In this document: positions 39,472 to 47,496 of the stretch, piece after piece
Layout: the number at the start of each line of letters is the position of its first letter
Position numbering within the stretch: the stretch's first letter is position 1
DNA from: Squalus acanthias
Lineage: Eukaryota
Assembly (NCBI GenBank): GCA_030390025.1
Contig: CM059432.1
Coordinates: forward strand, 39,000,001-39,064,000
Reading direction: 5' to 3'
Length of the DNA stretch: 64,000 bases
Program-made: the position numbers and the translations under genes
Notes under the pieces: generated by a model
What the model saw: the letters and a program-made list of their open reading frames with translations, nothing else
Database searches by the model: none
What the model was told of the DNA's origin: nothing

Positions 39472-41823
39472 TTACACGGTGCTTTCATCGTGCACGCGCA
39501 CGTAACGTTCTCGCCACTCTCCCGTGTTTTCATGCTTGGTGAGGCGTTTGTCTCTTTTACAATGTACGACCAATAGGTACACTACAATAAACACTTGACA
39601 TACGACTAAAATGTGGGAGGCTATTCTGATCCATGAAGGCACTTCAATATTGGTGAACAGATTCCACCACGGTGGAACTACTATATCCAGAATGTCTGTT
39701 CCTATTTCGACAGTTTTCTGTTCTAATGTGTAAAAATGTTTCTGTGACACCGCGACGGCTTTTAAAAGCTTGGTGAGGTGTTCAGGGAGAGGGGGAATGA
39801 GGTATCCGAAATGCGCGAAAAATCGCTGCAAGTCGGTGAAATTCTCTTTTACTGTGAGATGAACAGTGGATGGTTCAGGGATTGGGATAATTCGCTGTTG
39901 TGCTACTTGAACTTCCGCCCTGGGTTTGAAACAGAAACTGCTGTCACTCACCGGACACCGGCTACGGTTTCCATGCTGGTAGTGTTGCGCTGCAGTGGTA
40001 ACACAATATGTTCCACCCCCGATGTATGCTACCTGCGGAGGCACATGATCTTGTGCCATTGCCTCCATGGTGCAATTCATGGACTTGGCGCCAGTCGTTC
40101 TGAACCCGCACTGTGGTGTTAAAAAGGCATTCAAGTGCTGGGGGCACAGTATTATGTGTGCTCCCCTGCCACGACAACCAGAGAGATCTGTACCTGTCAT
40201 CATTTGCTCCCAGCGGATGACGTAAGGTGGAACCGCTGCATAACGAATGTGGGCTCCCCCCTGAATGACACCAATGTTCTCTACCCGATACACCGGGGCG
40301 GGCTTTGCTGTGTCGCCCAAAACCGGCATGCGTAAAACTATACCCATAATGGTATGGTTTGATCGTCCGCAGTCCACGGGGACTGGGTATGCTTCTGAAG
40401 CTAGCCTGAGCTGGCACGGGCTCAATGCGTTCTGAAAAGGGTGGAGCGCCCGCAGGTGTTTGTTACTTATCCAGGACAGGACCAAACCTTGTTTTAAATC
40501 CTCCAAATTACTGCGGCCCTCGCCCAGTAACCACGCCCCGTAAAGCACGCACACCTCGTTCTGCGCAGCTTGATCGGATGTATTCCGATCTTCCCTAATC
40601 AGGGCATTTACCGTCTTTGCATGTTTCTCCAACTCTGCTATAATTTCCTTTAAATGGAGAGTCATGGCTTGGTCCTCGTGTAGACCAGACCCTACCACTT
40701 TATTCTCATCTGTTAGAATGTCTTTTAATTGTGTCTTTAAACCATTAATCTGGGTCTGCAGCTCCACACTGTCTAGAGCGTTGACCACAGATGTACCCGT
40801 GTTAAAAGCAGTGAACGCGTCGTTCACTACACCCCTTCTTTGCCTCCCTACTTGATCCAAAACTTCCTGTGGTGCGGTGTACAAACTTGTTTTATCAATT
40901 TCCGCGAAATCGAATTCGTAAAATTGTCTGAACATCTTGGTCAACAGGACCTGATACAACTGTTGCGTCTTTTTGGGGCACCACTCTGGTAACCGTACCT
41001 CAGTGAGATTTAAAATCACCGAGGCCACCGCGTAATGTACCCCCTGAAATAGTATCTGGTCAGTGGGGACCAGTACCAAACCATTCCCGGGTCCCTTACT
41101 AGTTTTAGGGCACCCTTCCTCTTCAGCTAGAACCACCGGAATCGTGGGCGGGGCTTTGCGTGGGCGCGTAATGAGCTCAGTGGCATTTACCGGGATCGAA
41201 GAGTATGGGGCTCCGCACCCCCTGGTGCTCGCATCCCACCTCATCCCCTGTCCGTTATCCTGCCACTGATTAATGAAAAATATGGATATGCCTTTGGGGC
41301 AAGGGTATTTTGACCCCCACATGCATACATAAATTCCCTCGTCCGGTTCCCACCATTTGTCCCAACAGACTTTCACTTGTCCGTTTGTCCCCGTAATTGT
41401 CCGATGGGTATTATTATCCAGTCGCTCCCACTCGACCGAAGAGTTCCTCATAGTTTTGCTCAGCTTTCGCAGCCACCACCATCGGCTCAATGGGACATTC
41501 CCACTACAAGTCAAACAAATCCGTTTGCCGACGGTGACGCTGATCCTGGGTGCGATGATCCTTACTTTGGGGCACATTAAAGAAGTCTCTTGGTAGGCAA
41601 ACCCCGATGTGCTGGAATACTCCGTCGAGTTCGTTCCCAGCCATCCTGGCCACCTTCCCTTGTGGAAATAGGTGCTGGTCTCCTCTGCCTCCCGTCTTCC
41701 GGTCCCATCCACCGCGATGGGGGCCGTGTCCCCGGAGCATCCAAACACCACGACATCCTTGGTGCGGCCTCGATAGGCCAATCCACATCCGATTGCCGCG
41801 AGCAATACTAGAATTCGTTCCAT
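39472..41823 (-). CDS. env: Envelope glycoprotein, class I fusion (F-like), about 783 aa, with putative Ig-like domain
   Basis: Signal peptide MERILVLLAAIGCGLA; furin site RQRR (40834-40845) followed by fusion-peptide-like GVVNDAFTAFNTGTSVVNAL and a heptad repeat; Cys-rich ectodomain; TM ASHILVVCQVFIVVYLLVV; short tail. ORF is open from 41982, but a splice acceptor lies just upstream of ATG 41823. Confidence 0.9.
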   Translation of the reverse strand: MERILVLLAAIGCGLAYRGRTKDVVVFGCSGDTAPIAVDGTGRREAEETSTYFHKGRWPGWLGTNSTEYSSTSGFAYQETSLMCPKVRIIAPRISVTVGKRICLTCSGNVPLSRWWWLRKLSKTMRNSSVEWERLDNNTHRTITGTNGQVKVCWDKWWEPDEGIYVCMWGSKYPCPKGISIFFINQWQDNGQGMRWDASTRGCGAPYSSIPVNATELITRPRKAPPTIPVVLAEEEGCPKTSKGPGNGLVLVPTDQILFQGVHYAVASVILNLTEVRLPEWCPKKTQQLYQVLLTKMFRQFYEFDFAEIDKTSLYTAPQEVLDQVGRQRRGVVNDAFTAFNTGTSVVNALDSVELQTQINGLKTQLKDILTDENKVVGSGLHEDQAMTLHLKEIIAELEKHAKTVNALIREDRNTSDQAAQNEVCVLYGAWLLGEGRSNLEDLKQGLVLSWISNKHLRALHPFQNALSPCQLRLASEAYPVPVDCGRSNHTIMGIVLRMPVLGDTAKPAPVYRVENIGVIQGGAHIRYAAVPPYVIRWEQMMTGTDLSGCRGRGAHIILCPQHLNAFLTPQCGFRTTGAKSMNCTMEAMAQDHVPPQVAYIGGGTYCVTTAAQHYQHGNRSRCPVSDSSFCFKPRAEVQVAQQRIIPIPEPSTVHLTVKENFTDLQRFFAHFGYLIPPLPEHLTKLLKAVAVSQKHFYTLEQKTVEIGTDILDIVVPPWWNLFTNIEVPSWIRIASHILVVCQVFIVVYLLVVHCKRDKRLTKHENTGEWRERYVRVHDESTV

Positions 41824-42139
41824 CCTTCCTTGGTTCCTGTGATCAGATAGAATGAGGTAGCCAGCCTCGCAAGAGTCTCTGGCTTTTGTGAAGGGTGAGC
41901 GGGTCCCCTGACCTCGCCTCACGTAAACTTCAATGTTCGCTGAATAAACTTTAACTAAACCTATCTCTAAAGCTCCCATCATTTTGCCATTTTTTGTTAA
42001 AATTAAACTACAAACTTAACCTTATTTAATACTGTGAACTTCTACTTGACCTTGAACTATAAACTTAGAAACTTAAACTAATGAACTTAAACTTAAAACT
42101 TATTACTGTACAGCGCCGCCCGTTCTCAGGGCGGCCCCT

Positions 42140-43264
42140 TTAAATTCTGAGAAAACTGCTGCGAGCTCTTACCGACTTTGGGAGGGCTCTGACCTTTTCC
42201 TCTGATCTGCCGCAGCCTGTTTCTGCGCTGACCCCTCCCTCTGATCTGCCGCAGCCTGTTGCTGCTGCGATGGGGCCGGGCTGTACCTGGGCTGCCTTAA
42301 CCTTGAGTCTGCGCCTTGGGACAGACTGGGGCAATACCCATATCTTCTTGGGCTGGGGTTCTCTACCTGACCTACGGGGAGTTGTCATGGGCGGGGGTTC
42401 CGTGACTGACGGACCGGGTTCCGAGACTTCCATCGGGACGACCTGTGGTTCCACCACAGTCGCTGGCTCCGCCTCCGCTGACTCCGCCTCCCTAACCTCG
42501 GGGCTCGCAGTTTGTGGCTCCGCCCTGCTCGGCCCAGCAGGCGGCCCTTCACTCGCGATCTCTGCCTCCCCCGAGGGCGGGACGTTCAAAGCGGGCGGCT
42601 CTGTCTCTGGGGTCCTCACCGTCACCCCCTGTGCTCCCACAGCGGCTGGCTCCGCCTCCCCTAGCTCCTCCCTCCTGTCTTCGGGACCTGCAGCTTGTGT
42701 GTCCACCCTGTGTGGATCTCTATCTGCAGCCCGTATCCTCCCTATACCTAAAATGGGAACGTTCCTTAGGTTCCCCAAAAACCACTCGCCTTCCTCACCA
42801 TCCTCATCTGACTCCCATCCCCACAAAAATGCTTCGTGAACTTCCAGGATGTCTCCTCCCCTGATGCAAGCTGCTTTGCCTGCCTGTGTGCCTTGTGGTC
42901 CTACCTGGGGCTGCGCGTCCCCACTCGCGGGGTTTACCCCTGTGGTTTTCCCTTGCGCACCTGGCTTGTACAGTTTGCACTGGTTTACATCCTCATACTC
43001 CCGGCTTTTGGCTACCCTGTAGGCTGCTTTTATCTCACTAAGCTGCGCTTCTAGCCTGAGCACGTCTAACTTTCCCATTGATCGGGCGTTCTCCTCCCGC
43101 AGGGCCTGCTCTCTAAGCTGCCCTTCCAGCCCATCTATTTTCCCTATTAAGCGGGCGTTCTCCTCCCGCAAGGCCTGCTCTTTTAACCTGGCCTCCTCAC
43201 CGCAGACCCCCTCCTGTGCGTGTCTTTTAAAAGGACACAGGTAGGCAGGCTGCGTGGGCTCTAG
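42140..43264 (-). CDS. ORF2, in frame with gag and occupying the pol position; coiled coil plus acidic/Pro-rich low-complexity protein of unknown function
   Basis: Open from the codon after TGA 43265-43267 to the stop at 42140; same frame as gag; duplicated EQALREENAR and TGCGRSE units; no protease, RT, RNase H or integrase motifs visible. Confidence 0.7.
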   Translation of the reverse strand, partial: LEPTQPAYLCPFKRHAQEGVCGEEARLKEQALREENARLIGKIDGLEGQLREQALREENARSMGKLDVLRLEAQLSEIKAAYRVAKSREYEDVNQCKLYKPGAQGKTTGVNPASGDAQPQVGPQGTQAGKAACIRGGDILEVHEAFLWGWESDEDGEEGEWFLGNLRNVPILGIGRIRAADRDPHRVDTQAAGPEDRREELGEAEPAAVGAQGVTVRTPETEPPALNVPPSGEAEIASEGPPAGPSRAEPQTASPEVREAESAEAEPATVVEPQVVPMEVSEPGPSVTEPPPMTTPRRSGREPQPKKIWVLPQSVPRRRLKVKAAQVQPGPIAAATGCGRSEGGVSAETGCGRSEEKVRALPKSVRARSSFLRI

Positions 43265-43459
43265 TCATTGGGTACTATTAGACGGTCCTGCGGCACCTAC
43301 GGGGCCGGTTGCAACCGCCACCTTTCCATGTGCACTCAATAAACTGCGCATGGCTCCCAACACTACTTCGAGGTCGTCGGGAGGGGTGGGTGCACCAGCT
43401 TCCCTAGCAGGGACAGGCGTCTGGGCTCGGGCTGCGGGATTTTTATCCTTGGAATCCTT

Positions 43460-45073
43460 TCAAGGGTTCCTGCAATGCTTGCGCCAGTGCCCTGTCTTCC
43501 CACACCCGTAACAAGCATTACTTGCCTGTGGGGCGCGATTACCCTCCTGATGCCACTCCCTTTGATACGGGGCTGCGGGTCGTACCTCATGTACTTTTCC
43601 CTTAAGGGGACGTGTTCCCATACCCCTTATATTGCGATATCCTAACGTGAGTCGATTCAAGACCGACTCTTCCGTAATGTTGGGGTCATTGGGATCAAAC
43701 CATGCCTTTGCCTGCTCTCTGACGGCTGGTAAACTGTTGGCTATTATGCACCTAAGCCAATGAGCTAAACCGGCGCCTTCCACATCTTCGCGCTCTGGCG
43801 CACCTAGACAGCTGCGCTGATATACTGGCCACAGCCTATCGGCAAAAACCTTCGGGGGTTCTCCCTCCATCTGCACTGTCTGTCCCACTCTAGCAAACGG
43901 ACCTTCATCGTCCGCCCCCAACACTTCCAGGACCTCATTCTTTAATGCCTCATAAGTCTTGGTTCCCCTCTTGCTCTCGCCCGAGAGACACTGAAGGATT
44001 GTACTGCCTAACGAAAACAACAGCATTTTTGCTGTTTCCCCATCATCGCAGCCGTTAATGGCTGCGGTTTGCTCAACTTCTCTGAAATGTACGGAAGGGT
44101 CGTCTGCCTCGGTTAGCTTCCGTACGTGATTTATCATAACTCTCAGCTGATGTGAACTGTGAGGCAATACAAGCTGTCCGAGGAGATCCCCTGATCCCTC
44201 CCCACCGTTTCTGTTTGGGCCCCTTTTTATACCCGTTACTGGATACAACGGTCCCTTTTCCACCTCTTTCTCAATGGGCTCTTTCGTTTCTTCCATTGCT
44301 TCCTCCCTTACCCAGGTTTCCGAATAGCTGGGTGGCGCGGAGGGCGCAGTGGCTACTACTTCCTCTGCTTTACTTGGTGGGGATTTATTAAACTCCTCAC
44401 TTACTAGCGGCTGGTGTGCTGACGGACTGATAAGGCACACCATGCCGTGCGCTTTGTTCACGGCCTTTTTGAGGTGCTCTATCTCCCTTTTGCAAGCGCT
44501 ATGATCAGCTCCCTGAAACTTATCCTCAAGGGCCAACTTATATGCCGCCCTAACCCCCGTTAAGCTCTCTTCCTGAGTTCTTATCTGGGCAGCTTGGCGG
44601 GCACATCGTTCCTTTAACCTGCTCTCATTTAACTTTGCCTCAGTGACCTGGCACTCGAGGTAATCTATCCTTGTTTTATGGTGACTGGAGATTTCCTGGC
44701 GTTCTTGGTGCAACGCACTTAAATTCCTAATGAGCATTTCCCCTCCAGAAACCTTCTCATCCATTTCTCCCTCTAAATGACTGATTCGAGCTGTTAGCGC
44801 TGTAATGGTCTGGTTTGAAATCTGGACCTGCCTTTTGTAACACATTAGCCAGACTGCTTTCTCAAGTGTCTTTTTATGTTCTTTACTATCTGTCCACCTT
44901 TCGGCTGCCTCTAGCGGGCTTTTATCCGCTAACAATTCACTTATCCATTTCTTAGTTAGATTAACCTTTCCAAACACATAATCTGCTATCTTTTCCTGCA
45001 TAACATTTCGTACAGTCATTCCAAAGTCTAACACACTACCCTCTCGCTGCCAGTGTCCTGCCGCGGTCGCCAT
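43460..45073 (-). CDS. gag: Gag polyprotein (537 aa to first TGA; frame stays open a further 64 codons to TGA at 43265-43267)
   Basis: N-terminal coiled-coil region, PSAPPSY late-domain motif, Ty3/gypsy-like capsid segment (DDPSVHFREVEQTAAINGCDD...), C-terminal CX2CX4HX4C knuckle CYGCGKTGHWRKHC; starts at the PBS. Confidence 0.9.
   Translation of the reverse strand: MATAAGHWQREGSVLDFGMTVRNVMQEKIADYVFGKVNLTKKWISELLADKSPLEAAERWTDSKEHKKTLEKAVWLMCYKRQVQISNQTITALTARISHLEGEMDEKVSGGEMLIRNLSALHQERQEISSHHKTRIDYLECQVTEAKLNESRLKERCARQAAQIRTQEESLTGVRAAYKLALEDKFQGADHSACKREIEHLKKAVNKAHGMVCLISPSAHQPLVSEEFNKSPPSKAEEVVATAPSAPPSYSETWVREEAMEETKEPIEKEVEKGPLYPVTGIKRGPNRNGGEGSGDLLGQLVLPHSSHQLRVMINHVRKLTEADDPSVHFREVEQTAAINGCDDGETAKMLLFSLGSTILQCLSGESKRGTKTYEALKNEVLEVLGADDEGPFARVGQTVQMEGEPPKVFADRLWPVYQRSCLGAPEREDVEGAGLAHWLRCIIANSLPAVREQAKAWFDPNDPNITEESVLNRLTLGYRNIRGMGTRPLKGKVHEVRPAAPYQREWHQEGNRAPQASNACYGCGKTGHWRKHCRNP
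45055..45072 (-). promoter_or_regulatory. Primer-binding site, tRNA-Arg type
   Basis: Minus strand TGGCGACCGCGGCAGGAC, 5 nt after the 5' LTR; complementary to the 3' end GTCCTGCCGCGGTCG-CCA that I recall for vertebrate tRNA-Arg(TCG). Confidence 0.85.
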
Positions 45074-45077
45074 TTTC

Positions 45078-46724
45078 TGTAAGGGATTTGACCGTGCGTG
45101 TCTCGCAGCCTGTGAGATTCACGCGGCTCTGTGCAGCCTGTATGTCAGTGCAGGTTTAGGCCTTGTTGCCTGTTCTGGTCTCCAGCCAGTCTGGGAGCAC
45201 TGGACACACCTGTGAGTGGTTCGAATCACTCGCCCTTACGGTTCTAGACACTGGACTTAGATGCGAGAGCAGTAATGGAGATGAAACTCATGTAGACTCG
45301 GTTGAATGGTACGAAATGGAAAATCTTTATTGCATGATATTTAAGATTATGAAATACATGTCATAAGCACAGATTAATGACAGTACAATCTTACAAGCAG
45401 TTATATAGCTAATCCTAGGGAAACGAGGAACGAACGACACACTGTAAATAGGGGCACACATTACAAGTATCCTTAATACTTAAACCCTCCCCTATCAATA
45501 TCTGTCCTAGCTAGATTCGTAGGATTTCGAGACTCATGCTCACCACTCGTGATAACTCGGAGAAATTCCGAATAGCTGATCGGATGTTTTTCACCGCAGC
45601 ACCCACGTGTCGATCAGGAGATCTCCTGGTCCCACTTGTTTACTTGCTTCTGCTCCGGCTAGCAGGCTGGACCGTCTGCTGTGATGAAGATCTGTGTTGG
45701 TTGGTTTAACTGGCACAGTCCGAATGGGTTTCACAGACCAGTCAATATTATCTTGGAGGATCTTCCAAGGTCTATTCTTGCAAGTTCAAAGAAGTCTCCC
45801 TAGCAAGGAAAACTTGGCTATTCGACCTACAGGCGCGGTCGGGATCTACTGACCGTGGCGATGAGTATGGTCTTCCTCTCTTCTCATCTCATCTCATCTC
45901 ATCTCGGGCCTTTGGTTCCGATGCCAGTTACCAACATAGGTCTTCGTTACGCGACACGAGGTAGATCCTGAACGGATCAGAAAGTTCAACAGCCTTTTTC
46001 AAAGAGGCACCAGGCAAGCAGGCACAAGACTACGAGTCAAAACACAGGAGCAGCCACGAGGTTACGAGTCGATCGGATAAGAGAATAAGAGAAAGATGGA
46101 CGGTTGGAGCTTGTAATTATAGTACAAAATCTTCCGTTTCCCGCCCAACCTTAATGTCCTTTCTTTTGTTAGGGTTTGGCGCTCAAATGCCTTGTATGGG
46201 TGATCTCCGTTCTTAATGGGTTTCGGGGCTACTCGTAAATGTCTGAGTACCTGTTAATATTTCTCCCATTGTTAAATCGGTCGGTGTTCTCCCTGGAGGG
46301 GTTTTGGGGCTTCCAAGTGTTTTGAAAAACTACCCGCTAACGGCTCTCTCATCGTAGAGTCGTTGGGATTTTACATATTAATGTCTTTGGATGGGCCCTT
46401 GATTACTTGGTACAATAGCTTTCATTCGTACCTTGGGAGACCGATTTCAGTATTTATGTGTATACTGTAAACCCATAATGTCTCGTGTATTATCTTCAAT
46501 GTGCTGAATCTTAATCGATCTTGCACAAATGTTTATTGGAACGCCATCTTGTCTGCCTGTCGGAAAGTCTAGAATGTTCTGTCACGAGGTGCGGCGGCCA
46601 TTTTACAGGCTGCTTGTGTCCACTTTGAGAAACCTGACAGCATTCTGCTGAAATAAAAGCTGTTTGAACGAAACTCTGTGTTTTCTCCTTATTAATAAAA
46701 TCGCGATATATTGCGAATTCTACA
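45078..46724 (-). repeat. 5' LTR (1647 bp)
   Basis: Direct repeat of 37375-39021; on + begins tgtaagggatt and ends gaattctaca; followed on the minus strand by the PBS. Confidence 0.97.
46114..46146 (-). promoter_or_regulatory. Candidate LTR promoter (GC box plus TATA-like)
   Basis: Minus strand GGGCGG (46141-46146) about 20 nt upstream of CTATAATTA (46114-46122). Confidence 0.45.
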
Positions 46725-47496
46725 CATCCTGCGCCAGACTACTGTGGCAGAACTTTTCGAGGCACCGCATCAGCCAGTTGGTTGGCTTCTGGGGGACAAG
46801 GGGTACGCATTGAGCACCTGGCTGATGACACCGCTCCGTACGCCAAACACCCCTGCTGAGCTGCGGTACCAGGAAAGCCATCAAGCAACCAGGAACATTA
46901 TTGAGCGCACAATCGGCGTGCTGAAACAACGGTTCCGCTGTCTGGACCATTCCGGAGGAGCCCTGCAGTACTCGCCTGAGCAAGTTTCGAACTTCGTAGT
47001 CGTGTGCTGCATGTTGCACAACATGGCAATCCTCAGGACCCAGCCAATGCCACCAGGCCTTGTAGCACCACCAGAGGAGGAGGAGGAAGAGGAGGAACAG
47101 GACGAGGACGATGATCATCAGCAGCACCAAGGCAGGAGGGCGGCCCACAATGGTCAAACTGCAAGGGCCGTCCGTCAACGACTAATAGCAAGCCGCTTCT
47201 AGGGCCCCTGCCATTGCTACAAACACTAATCAACCCAGCACGCAACCCCTAAGCCGGCCAAGGCACCAATAATTCCAACCACCAGCCATGTATATTTTGA
47301 ATACAGAAACTTATTTATTTTACAAACTCTGTGTGTGTCAATTCCTCATGACAAACTCATAGAAATAAACACAAAAAAACAGTCAATAACATAACTGGTT
47401 CTCACAACCTGGAGATAATGTCCAAAACACTAAACAAAAGTTGGACCATGAACCTCGGCCTTTAATAAAAAAATGACCAGCATTTTGGCACACCTC

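Larger units (their letters stand above)
37375..46724 (-). mobile_element. Env-bearing, pol-less LTR retroelement / endogenous retrovirus-like provirus (9350 bp), lokiretrovirus-like
   Basis: Two 1647-bp direct repeats with TGTA...TACA ends; 4-bp TSD CATC at 37371-37374 and 46725-46728; PBS next to the right LTR and a purine tract next to the left LTR set minus orientation; internal gag, ORF2 and env. Confidence 0.96.
36688..47202 (+). pseudogene. Harbinger (HARBI1-family) DDE transposase split by the LTR element: 36688-37374 plus 46729-47202, 386 aa reconstituted
   Basis: Motifs [62 protein letters not shown]; the halves join in frame after removing the insert and one CATC. Confidence 0.95.

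Noticed and set aside
41824..41982. 53-aa N-terminal extension of Env
   Set aside because: A signal peptide starts at Met54 right after a good splice acceptor; the extension cannot be excluded but is not needed.
39022..45077. A hidden or frameshifted pol gene
   Set aside because: The interior is occupied by gag, ORF2 and env; no YxDD RT core, RNase H or HHCC/DDE integrase region in the listed frames, and no space for one.
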